From Euglena gracilis (Eukaryota): a stretch of DNA of 64,000 nt. Within the stretch, counting starts at the first letter, position 1; the number at the start of each line of letters is the position of its first letter. Under the pieces are notes generated by a model. That model ran no database searches. It saw only the letters and a program-made list of their open reading frames with translations, and was not told the origin of the DNA. The position numbers and the translations under genes were made by a program. Positions 1 to 11,400 of this stretch are shown here, one piece after another. The DNA is taken from NCBI GenBank assembly GCA_039621445.1, contig CP154954.1, forward strand, positions 47,781,847-47,845,846. The letters run 5' to 3'.

Positions 1-571
1 AAACTCCCTTGGGAAAAACCCTCTTAGGGCATTTCCCAAAAAAAAGCTCCGTCGGTTCGCACCAAAACCAATGCCCGGCCCTCCCGACCGGACTAGGCAA
101 GGGGATCCCAGTCTGGACCCCCCCGGGGCGTACAAGTGTACCGATCCCCGAGGAGGGTCGCTTTCAATATATTTTTTTCAATCACCCCCCCGGGGGGGGG
201 GTCCTCTGGCTTTCTGGAATCCAAGTGAAAATTGACCACAAACGTGTAAAACAAGGCCAAAATTCTTCAAAAAAAGCCAAAAAAAACTTCCAGCGCCTTT
301 CTTGTTGGATCACTTTTGTGGTAGTTTAGTGGGTTATTTTTGCCCCCCCTCCCCCTAGGAGAGAGGGGGGTCTGGGCCAGAATCCAGCCAGTCACTCTGA
401 AAAAACCAGCCACCCACCCCTCCGGGGGGGGGGGGGTCAGCCAAGTGGCTAAATGTTGGTGACTGGGGTGTCGGTGTCTTCTGAGTTAAAAAGAAACGAC
501 CACTATCCCGGTCGTCCTCTCCTGTTGTTTGTTCGGGGGAAGAGGATGCCAGAGACGGAGTGAGCCGGGGG

Positions 572-3500
572 CTACAGCTTGCACTCCGGAAAGGCCCACT
601 TCCGGATCAGGACGTGGGCGAGCGTGGTGGGCGGCGGCAGGCGGAACGGGCTGCCGTCCGGCCCCGGCAGGCCCCCTTTGTTGCACTACAGCGTCTTGTC
701 TGTTTATGGACGGCGGTGGCCCTGTTTGCCGTGTGGTGAGTGGCCAGGGACCCCCCAACACCAGTGTTCTTGTGTTGCTCCCCCTGGCCCGGTGAGTAAC
801 TCTGGCCCTGGCTGGCCCCCACCCCTGTCACCCCTCACCCCCGCTGCAGCTGTGTGTTTCGGGAGGAGCACCCTCTGTGGTGGGGCGGGATGGCAGCCGT
901 GGGGGGGCCTGGCTACGGCGTACGCCGCCGCGGCGTCCAGAGCCTGCTGCACCTCCGTGCGGGGCACCCCGCCAGGCGATTGCTCAGGTCTCCCGAAGGG
1001 GACTCTGAACCCCTCCCCTCGTCCAGTACCCCCTCCTCCTGCGACCTCCACAAGGGGTCACGAGATCGTTTTCCTGACAAAAGAGGTCATAAGGTCCGTC
1101 CCTCTCCACCGGCTACAGATCGCGACGTCGGGGAACAATGAAGCGTCCCGCCTCGAAATCCGGAAATGGCGGGCAATCCTCGTGCGACATCGGGGGCCAA
1201 CCCGACGCCACCCCTCCCCCCAACCGGTCCATTTGGGGGGAGGCGGATCACCAGCGCCGCTCAGGCAACCGGCTGCCCCCAGCGCGCCTCCTCTATCTCG
1301 TCGCTGGGCACGATGGGCTGGCTCGGGAGCGGCCCCTTTTCCACTGAGCAACAATGAACACACGGCACGATGGAAAACAGAAAGAGAGGGGGTGGCGGAG
1401 GGGCGACGGGGCCGGCCGCGTCCCCCTGGCCGAGGAAGCCGATCATGAGGGAGTTGGGGAACGGCCACGGCTGCGACTGCACGTACTGCGGCCCGCCGGC
1501 CCGCCGAGCGACGGGGCAGGGGGGGGCCCCCGGGGCATTCCTTACCTCTCCTTCTCTTTCCGTGGAACGCAGAGAGTCACTGCACAGGCGCTTTTTTAAA
1601 AAAAAAAGAGGGTAGTGGGCAGGCTTTTGCTTCAAGGCCACGGGGGTCCATGAGCTGGGGATTATCCCTAGCCACTGAAGAAAGCCGCAACCTGGATCCC
1701 CCCGGGGGGGGGTCCCGGGGGTCTGCCCATTGAAGAAAAATATCATCGTCTGGCAATCAGGGAATTTCTTAAGGACCCCCAGGGGGGGGGGGTCCAGCCT
1801 CCGGCTGGCAAAAAGGCTGCTGGCTGAACCCCCCCCCCCCCCTGGGGGCGGGGGGGAGGGGGGGGGGGGGGGCCTGGGGCTGGAGGGGGCTGGGCTCGGC
1901 TGGGTCGGTGAAAACCAAAATTTTCTAACACGTTTTTGCCATTTTCGACATTTTGGTGGATGGAGCTAGATCAAGCTGGGGGCTGTGATGGAGGAAGCTG
2001 TGGTGAGGGGAAAAAATGCAGGGATAGGTGAGCTGGGCAGCCCAGTTGGCTGGCCAGCCTGCGGCCGGCTGGCCCAGCCTTCGGCCGGCTGGCCCGGCCT
2101 CCGGCCGGGCCGGACCCAACTTTATTTCAGTCGACCCCCGGGGGGGGGGCTCCCAGCCCAAATTTGGGCTGCTGGCTGGATTTGGGCCGCTGGCTGGCTG
2201 GCCCCCCCCCGCCGGGGGGGGGGGTAGGGTACCCTCCGGCTTAAGAAATTCCCTGCTGGCGATATGCGCCAAGGAGGAACTGGGGATTTTAACGTGCTTT
2301 TTGGCCGACTTTGTCCAAAAAAAAAATCACACCACACCCAAAAATGCCGAAAACGGGCATGCTTTGCAGGTCTCAGTGGTCGAAAAATTCCCGCGCTCGC
2401 CGGTCACTGGGATTTTTTTTTACAAACCAGGATTTCCACCAGGCAGGTCTCTGCTCAAACCCAGGGGCCCCAAGCGGCCCACCAAACCCCCCGGGGTGCC
2501 GGGCGAGCTCTGGCGCACCGGCCGCAGGGTGCCGGGCAGCACCGGGATGCCGGTCTCCTCCAGCACCTCCCGCGCCACCGCGGCCTCGAGGGTCTCCCCC
2601 GGCTCCACAAAGCCCGCCAGGCAGGACCAGAACGGCCCCAGACAGGCTCCTCCCCCGGGGGTGGGGGGACCTGGGCAGTCCGGGAAGGCCTGGGGGTGGG
2701 GGCTGACCCCTGCACCTCCACTCACGGGGTTTCCGGGACTGGTGTTCAAGAAGGATTAACAGCTGAATTCTCAAAATTCTGTTCGGGTAACTGCTGATTC
2801 GATCCGGAAATCCTCTCCGAGTGGCCATCTTTTTCAACCATGTTGGCCCAGACATTCCAGAACTTCGACTCTTTCACGACCAGGCCAGGGGAGGGGATAA
2901 GTTTGGGTTCTGCCCTGCCTGGGTCGGCGGCGCCAGATCGACTATTTCGAAACCACAGAATTGTGGTGTGTTGAAGGGCGGGGGGGGGGACAGTGTAGGA
3001 GTTCAAAAACAAATCAGTGGAGGGCGGGGGGGGGGGGGGGGGGGCCGAAAGCCGGTCGGCCACCGTCCCCATTCCGCCATTGGCCGCCCCCCACCCAGAC
3101 CCAGCCGACCAACCGCAGGCGGAGGAGCCCCCTGAGCCCCGCCGGGAACTTCCGGTTGTGCCCCGGGCACAGGGGCTGGCCCGGGGGCGGGGGAGGCGGG
3201 GTGAGCCCCTGGGCAGGAGGCAGCGGTCGGCGCCGTCGTGGACCAGCATGATGACGGAGGGGTCCGTGCGTGGGAAGCACACGTTGTGCAGCCCCGTCCG
3301 CGTGGGGCACGCCGCGCCCGTGCACTGCCGCTTGTGCCCCGCGTCTGACGGGCGGGCGGCGAGGGGCCAGCGACGGGGGGGGGGGGGACGAGGGGCGGGA
3401 GCGGCACTTCCGTCGGGCCGGCCCCTTTGCAGCCAAAGCCATCCGACCTGCCCACAAATGAAATGACCTTCTCTTTTCAGATGAACATGCACTCATCGAC

Positions 3501-5683
3501 AATTTGGACGTGGGATGGGTTTGGGACAGGGCCTCTCAAAGATGCAACGCAAACCAAAAAGCAGGCACCAGGGGTTTTCTTAAGGACCCCGTGGGGGGGG
3601 GGGTCCAGCCTCCGGCTGGCAAAAAGGCTGCTGGATGGAAACGAGCCAAAGAAAACACAAGAAAGTCTGCGCGCCAACCAAAGCGACATCAGTGCCGCAA
3701 AACCGTCGATTTGGGGAATGGGGGAGCCATGGCTGGGGGCGATTGGGCCAATGCCCACACAATCAGGGTTCGATGAGGAGGATGTACGGGTCAGCGGGGG
3801 GAGTCCCCCCCCCCTTTGCTGGACGGGAGGGGGGAGGGTCCGACCCACCCCCACCCCACCTGCCTTAAAATCAAACCCTGCACACAACCTCGCGTGACTG
3901 GCCTCCATCAGTGACCGCCTGCTGGCTGGACCCCCAGGGGGCTGGGCTGGGCTGGGTCGATGAAAAAAAAAAACTAGACATTTTTGCCTTTTCGACATTT
4001 TGATGGATGGAGCTAGGTCAAGGCTGGGGGGTTGTGATGGAGGAAGCTGTGATGAGGGGAAAAAATGGGGATAGGAGAGCTGGGCAGCCCAGTTGGCTGT
4101 CCAGCCTGCGGCCGGCTGGCGCGGCCTCTGGCCGGGCTGGACTCACTCGACCCCCCGTCCCAGCTCTAATTTGGGCAGCTGGCTGGATTTGAGCTGCTGG
4201 CTGGCTGGACCCCCCCCCCCCCCCGGGGGATGGGGTACCCTCCGGCTTAAGAAAACCCCTGGCAGGCACTGAACAAATTCAGAAACTGCCAGCATGCCTT
4301 TGGGGCTCTTTGGAAAATGCCAAAGCCTTTGGTTAACTGATACAAGACAACCAGTAAATGAGCAAAAAAAAGCCAAATTGAAAAGACGTCAACCACACAC
4401 CATGTCAGACATTGTCTTTTGAAAAATGCAATAGGAGACCGTCTTCGGTGCAAATCTTTGCCGTGAATCATACGCATACACTCCAGCCATATCTCTCTCA
4501 CGTTCCCCTGACCCCCCCCCCCCATGTGAGAGGGTACCACACACCTATGCTGACAGTCGGCGCCCCGCACAGCGTGCAGAACGGGTTGCGGGCGTTCCAG
4601 TCCAGCAGCGACATCGCGTGGGCGAGGGTGCCGCTGTCCTCGTTGTCCGCCAGGCGGAGGAACAGGACGTCCTGCGGGAACACCGCCTCGGCGGGCCCAG
4701 AGGGGGGGGGGGCAGCCGTGTGGCGGCCGTGGCAACACCCACCGCCAAAAGCCAAGGTCAGTCCTGAAAAACAGCCCATCACGTGCATCGCGATCCGCAG
4801 GGCAACCCATGACAAAATGGTTGGTCTGTGCTATCCTAAAAAAAAAAAAAAACCGTTCACAACCCCGATGCCAAGGATTTCAAATGCCCATCACAGAAAC
4901 AAAGGTACATTCCATCACTTCAATTCTTGTTGCACGCAACAAACCTGTCCACCATAGCTGCCAAAAGACAAGAACACAAACACAATTTTTGTTCCTGTCT
5001 ATTGGTTTTGTTCCCGCCCTGTCTGGGAGGTGAGTTGCCCAAATCACCCCCGTTATACCAACTTCTTTGGCGCATTAACTTCTGACACGTTGCCCCCCCC
5101 TCCTCCCGAGGTGCCGCCCACCCCTGCGTGTGGTCTGTGAGGTCGGCGGGCTGGACGGCGTCGGCAACGGCCAGGGCAAAATGGGGCTCGCCCTGCGCTG
5201 CAAACGGCGGCAGGCAGAGGCATGCCCGGGCCGGAAACAGTGCGGCGAAGGCGTGTGGCTGGCGCAAAAAACCAAACCTACAACAAATTCTTCAAGAAAC
5301 CACAACAAAGTCATGTGTGACATGCGTGCCACACGTGACAAGTGCACAAAAAACACACTAAACGAAAAATAATGATGGAAGGGCGGTGTGGGTTACTGTT
5401 CGCCCGGTTCTGGTTCGCCCCTGGTTCGCCCGGGCCTGGGCCCCAGCAGCACCAGCGGCTGCGGGTTGCCCTCCCGCCTGCCTTGCAGCGCCGCCAGCGG
5501 CAGCCACAGCAGCCGGTGCTCCCCCGGCCCCGCCTTGGTGCACAGCGGGCTGTGCCGGCGGCCCCGCAGCACGAGGCACCGCGCCGCCGGGTGGGCCTCC
5601 GCCGCCGCCACGCGCTCCGCGTCGCTGCGGACGTCGGCGCCGCGGTCCGGGAGGGAGGAGTCGACGTACGCCAGGCCGGTCAT
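572..5683 (-). CDS. NADH pyrophosphatase (NudC/NUDT12-like Nudix hydrolase with zinc ribbon), multi-exon, with putative peroxisomal PTS1
   Basis: Exons in transcript order: ~5440-5683 (MTGLAYVDSSLPDRGADVR...), ~5140-5215, 4545-~4700 (SLLDWNARNPFCTLCGAPT), 3215-3344 (KRQCTGAAC...FPRTDPSVIMLV...RCLL), 3138-3164 (GHNRKFPAG), ~2520-2633 (FWSCLAGFVEPGETLEAAVAREVLEETG, Nudix box), ~1415-1486 (YVQSQPWPFPNSLMIGF, the SQPWPFPxS NADH-pyrophosphatase signature), 915-~970, 572-662 (LPPPTTLAHVLIRKWAFPECKL*). The start codon and some small exons are uncertain. Confidence 0.92.
1759..2255. mobile_element. MITE family A (hAT-like ends)
   Basis: 16-bp TIR CAGGGAATTTCTTAAG...CTTAAGAAATTCCCTG; TSD CTGGCAAT/CTGGCGAT (7/8). 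Confidence 0.9.
3569..4261. mobile_element. MITE family A with nested insertion
   Basis: TIR CAGGGGTTTTCTTAAG...CTTAAGAAAACCCCTG; perfect TSD GCAGGCAC (3561-3568 and 4262-4269). Lies inside GT-AG intron 3345-4544. Confidence 0.93.
3764..3880. mobile_element. Small MITE nested in the family A copy
   Basis: TIR CAGGGTTCGAT...ATCAAACCCTG; TSD CACACAAT/CACACAAC. Confidence 0.8.
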
Positions 5684-7548
5684 GCGTGAACGCTGTGACG
5701 CGCGAGGAGGGCGGCGAGGCGTGACGGGCGGTGTGGTGGTCCGGCTGTCCTCCTGTTGTGGGCGCTCTCGATGTGTCTGGAGGAAAAAACCATTGCCGTC
5801 CCCTGGAGCAGCCCTTGCCAGACGGGAGGGGAAGGGGGACCGTCCACCAACCATGCCAAAAACGGCCGTTCCCACACGACCGGGAGAAGGGGGTGGTGGG
5901 GCTTCTCCGCACTCGTTTCCCACATCGCCAGCCAGGGACACATTCTTCTTTCAGAAACACACACACACACACACACACAACCATTCCCAAACATGAATAC
6001 TTCCTGAGCCCTCCCTGTTGGGTTGTGTCCATTCCCCCAGAATTCTGAGAGGATGAAAATCCTGGACTTGCTGGAAAAGAGTTGCTTGGTTGTTCCCCCC
6101 ACATCGCCGTGTGGAATCGGGGCAGAAATACGCTTGGGCAAGGCGGAGCCAGAAGAAATTGAAATTGCATAAATGCCCCAAATCAACAAACTACGCAAAC
6201 AATGTTGCTTTTGCGAAAAACACATTTTAGCTGAATTTTTCGCTTGTTTGAATCTCCCCCCCCCCAACAAAAAGTGGCGGCCGGACAAGCACTAAAAGGT
6301 CTGTAGTCCCGGCCTAAATAACCAATTGAAATGCAGGTGACACAACACATTGACAATTTGAGTACAGGGGTGGGGAGCCCCACTCCGAAGCGGTGGAAGT
6401 CGGTAGTTCACAATGGGGGGGTTGGGCTGGGAAGATTAGACTACAGCGGCACCGCAAGGTCGAGGCCAAGCCTCGGGGAGTGAGATGGCGGAGGGTGATC
6501 GAGGCAGTGGCAGAAGGCGAGAGATGGCGGGGCAGTCGACAAGGCCGTTGCGCCAGACGAACGGCCGGTCACCCCCAGCCGGATAGAGAGAAGACGTGGT
6601 GTGGAGGTCACAGACAGGGTCCGTGGTACCGTATCTGCTCCCGCCCCACATACAATTCCCAGGACAGCCTCTTGGGGATCGTCAGACAACAAATCCTGAA
6701 AACTAAATCGAACGTCTGAATAAATTTGTTTCGCGCAGAGAAAGCGATGCGGACCAAAATGAAGAACACACTTTCTGTGAGAACCCCAAATCCCCAAATC
6801 CACCTGAGGAATGGATACTCTCGGGAGAAAAATTTTGGCCAAATAAATCCTAAAATGCAATTTGTGGTGCTCGAATGGGGGTGGGTGAGCAGGGGGATTA
6901 TAGCCCCACCCCATCCAGTATTTCCCCCTCACACCAAACCCTGGCAGAGCGACAGGCAGGCCTGGCAGGACGATTGATCGCCACCGGCCAAGGAAGAGGA
7001 GGACCTGTCGGAGTGCCAGGGTGACCTGTTCGGAACGCTGCACGCTGGGGGGGGGGTGAGTTTGCACTTGAGCTTGCCATTGAGAGACTTCGAAAGACGA
7101 CAAGGATCCATTGGTCAAAGGGGCTGAACTGCGCACGGGAAACAGGGCCCTGATGCATTGATAACCGGCGCATTCATCTCTGATAAAATGGTCGGGAAGA
7201 ATTGAGCGATTTCGACCCTCCCCCCTAACTTGCCCTCTGCCCAAGCTTCACTGCTGTCAAATACAGTGCAATGGCTCTGCATCGGAACTGCCACCTTCCA
7301 CGACAGCTTGTCAAAGGTCAGGGTGGGTCCTTTCCATCGGGGCACACACACTCCAAGTAAAATGCGCCGACGTTCCACGTGCATGGGCCGAGCTGCCGGC
7401 ACATGTGGGGGACAATGCTCCGAACCACTGGCACAGCACATTTCCGGACAGCTTGCGTCGGTTCCAATCCGCCCTGGAGGCAGAAGAGGCAGAGGAGGAG
7501 GAGGAAGGGGGACGGATGGGCCAAGGCGACGCTGGTCCTGAGAGGGAC

Positions 7549-7863
7549 CAGGCGGTTTTTTTTTTACCAACCTAAGGGGGGGAGGGGGGTCCGGAGTGCA
7601 CTGGAGTGCCTGCCCAGGCAGGCACTACCCCCCCGGGGGGTTGGATTTCGGCCTGTGCCCAGGAACTTGCCTCAGAAAACAGGCCATTTTCCTTGAAAAT
7701 AGGCCTTTTTTGAGCCTTCCGGCGCCGGAGTGCCTGCTGGGCACTTTTGGCCTAGTGCCCCCCCCCCCCCCCCGGGGGTCGGATTTTGTGCCTTGGAGTG
7801 CCTGCCCAGGCAGCCCCCCCCCCCCCCCCGGGTGGGGTCGGCACCCGACGAAAATACAGCCTG
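7549..7863. mobile_element. MITE family B
   Basis: CAGGCGGTTTTTT...AAAATACAGCCTG; perfect TSD AGAGGGAC. A shorter relative is at 8633-8747. Confidence 0.88.
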
Positions 7864-8423
7864 AGAGGGACAACACCGTAGCCGCTCTGGCGACCAGGTC
7901 TGCGTCAGAGGTTGTCTTGGAACCAGGGGGGTCGGCCCCCACCTACTCACCTATCCCCCTGGGGGCGAGCTGGGGGACCCACTTTTGGAGGTCAAATTTG
8001 GGTCCCGATTTTTTGGAGTTCACACCGAAAACGAAGGAAAAAACCCCCACCACTCCAGGAGTTTAACCCGGCCCAACCCCAGCCTGGATGGAGGTCGGGT
8101 CGGGCCCCCCCCCCCCCCACCCTTCGGGCCACCCACAGGCAGGTCAACCACCCCCAGTGCGGGTGGCGTGTTGGCAATGGGCAGGCACATAACAGCACAC
8201 AACAGTGGTGGGTATTGGGAATTCCTGCTGCTGCGCTACGCAACAGTACCTGATCCCCGAGCAGCAAACATCGGTCCGAGGGGGCACTCTTCGCCTCACA
8301 GGCTGACAACCCCTGCAGGCAAAGGCAGGCCCAGGACGGAAGGCAGTTGGGGTCAGGGTCAGCGTGCAACGGAGGTGACGGCGTGAGGCCCGGGGTACGG
8401 TGTGGGGGGAGAGCGCCGCCCCC

Positions 8424-11400
8424 TCACAGCAGCCCCTTCAGCTCCACGAGGCGGTCCAGCAGCGTGTTGCAGCGGCGGACGAGGCCGCGCCGCGCCGCCT
8501 TGGCGTCCTGCTGCCCGGACTGCAGGTCGCAGCACAGCACCGCGTCGATGCGCTGCAGCAGCAGCCGCTCCACCGCGCCGAACAGCTGCGCGATGGGGGC
8601 AGGCCCCCGGGCGGAGGGCTGAGGGAGGGGGGCAGGCTGTTTTTTTTCCAACCCCGGGGGGGGGTCCGGAGTGCCTGTGAGTGCCTGCCCAGGCAGCCCC
8701 CCCCCCCCCCCCGGGGTGGGGTCGGCACCCAACTAAAATACAGCCTGGAGGGTAACCCGCCATTTCCCAAATAAATGCCACCAAATAAATGTCACACCCC
8801 CGAGGACCAGAAAGTGAAATCCAAAAAAAAAAGTGCGTACCCCCAAAAACAAGGGTTTTCACCATTTTTCACCGAACTGGTGCTGCCCAAATGAATGGTC
8901 CAATAATGTGTGCACCCCGTGCAGGGTTTAGGCTGTACGGCCCTCCCCCCACAGAAGGTGGGGTGGGGGGGTTGTCTACCACCACCCACCAACCACCCAT
9001 AGCGTTTTGGGGATTCCCATTCATCCTGGGGGGGCACTCACACGCTGTATTCCTGTGGGGGACCGCCACATGAATCAATTCTTTGGGATATGCCGCCCCC
9101 CAGCTCCCTTCTCCGCTTTGAGTGAGGGGGAATGCGCGTCCCCTTTGTGCTGACCAACCACATTGGACAGGATTGGGCTGGGCTGGACTGGACCACCCAA
9201 CTGTCGAACGCCCTGGACCCTCATTTGTCCATCACGCGAGTGAGCGGAGCCCCTCACCTTATTATTCATCTCATTTTTTTGGGGGGGTGGGTCATTATGA
9301 TTTACCCTCATTCCTGTTTGCTTTTGTGGAGTCACGCGATTAAGGGTCGTCGCAATCGCTGCTGGAGCCTGGCCTTCGTCCTTGTGGCTCACGTCACCGG
9401 GGGCAGGGCATCGCTCAGTGACCCCTGGGGGGGTCCAGCTCAGAGGCTGGGCGCAAGGCGGTAGACTGGGGGGGGGGGTAGTGGGTAGTCGGCCGACTAG
9501 TCGGCCGACTACCCAATTGGTCCACCGACTAGGCCTAGTCGGTAGCTAGTCGGCGAGACAGGGGGGGGGGGGGTAGTGGGTAGTCGGCCAACTAGTCGGC
9601 CGACTACCCACTCTAATGTACTAACGGGTCAAAACCGCCGACTTTTAAGCCCCCCCCCCCATGAACAAAATCCAATGCAAACTAGTCGGTGGCTAGTCGG
9701 TGGTCATAAAATTGGTCTGTGGCGGGCCCAAATCACCCGGAAATGGTCCGGATGGGTCCAAATAAATGTCTTACGCCTAAATAAACACCCCCAGATGGGA
9801 ATCTTTGGTCAGTGGGGGGTCGGTGGGCCCTTGATGGGGGTCCGGAGGGGTAAAAAACCAATGATGAACAGGGATTACATGAAAATGCTTTAGAAATGAA
9901 ATCTGCAATCTGCATTCTGCATCACGAGAGGCAGAAAACTCCCCCCCCACCCCCATCCGAGCTTCAAATAACAAAATCCCTTCTGTGTTGGCAACATACT
10001 CGGGGGCTAAGTCGTTTTTGTGGCTCACTTTGGCATAGGCGGGGGGGGGGGCTCCCCCACCCCCCGCACCCCCCCCTCAAATAACAAAATCCCTTCTATG
10101 TTGGCAATGGACTTGGAGGGATAATACCTTTTTTTTGTGCAAATTTTGACTTATATTGAAAATTCAATGGGGAGAGGTGTACTTTTGTCAAAAGTGGCCC
10201 AAAATGGACATTTTCCCCCAATTTTTTTGCATATTCAACCCCGATTGGGGGGTTCTGGAGCCATTTGGGTGGGTTTTGACTGGGGTTGAGGTGATGTAGA
10301 CAAAAAAATTTCCCAGGGGGGGGGGCTTAAAAGTCGGCGGTTTTGACCCGTTAGTACATTAGAGTGGGTAGTCGGCCGACTAGTCGGCCGACTACCCAAT
10401 TGGTCCGCCGACTAGTCGGCCGACCAATTAGTCGGCCGACCACCCACTACCCCCCCCCCCCCCAGTCTACCGTTTGGCACTCAGAGGCTGGAACTGACTG
10501 GAAAAAGGCCGCTGGCTGACCCCCCCCCCCCCATAGGCGTCCCCCGGCTGGGGCTGGGCCCGGGGTCGAACCGGATGCCTAAAAGTCGAAACTCCAAAAA
10601 ACCCCCCAAAGCTGCCAATTATGTAAAATTGCAAATAAATCGATTTTTTGATCCAAAATTTCCCTGGCCAGCCCAAATCCGACCCATTTTTGCCCATTTT
10701 GCCCATTTTTGCACCCGAAAGCCATAAATCCGTTACCGTCCAGCCACCCAAAAGGCGGCTTGAAAAAAAAATTGAAACTCGTCGATGGGGGGGGGTCCGG
10801 CGCTGGAAAAAGGCTGCTGGCTGGCTGGAACCCCCCCCCTCCGGGGGATGGGGTCCACTTCGGCTAAGCGGCGCCCAAGCTGGGGGTGAATCCGGCGACG
10901 GTCCGCTCCAGGTCATCCACCTCCGCCTTCAGGTCGTCGATGCGTTGCAGGATGGAGATGGACTTCGTGCTGTACTTCCGCGCGAAGTCCTGCAGCAACC
11001 CAGAGGTGGCCCAGAAGCTGTTTGACTCACTTCCTTCCTGACTGATAACCGAAGGATTATTGGCAGATTGAAGACCCCAAAACTATAAAACAAATTTGCA
11101 TTAATCTTCTGCAAAATCTCAGCTCCAAATCTGCAGCATTCGAGCGGAATGGACATTAGTTTTAGGGCGGTCAGTGGATGGGGGGGAGCTTAAAACGTTG
11201 TGGATGCTCAGGGGAAGGGACAGAGGTGAAAAAAAAGCAGAAGATTGCCATTCAGAAAATATACCATTCACATAAATGTTTTCTGGACTGAATTAATGCA
11301 ATTTTTCCAACAAGATGCAAATGACTTCAATGACCATGAACCTTGCCCAGCAGCCGAACCTCCTGGGGGAAGGAGGTCAGATGAAAGCAAATAAATTTTG

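Noticed and set aside
579-2797. Long plus-strand ORFs over the Nudix gene and similar GC-rich ORFs elsewhere
   Set aside because: Antisense shadows of GC-rich exons and G/C-run repeats, with no recognisable domains.
6390-7540. Possible coding sequence between the Nudix and BAG genes
   Set aside because: No recognisable motif or consistent codon bias.
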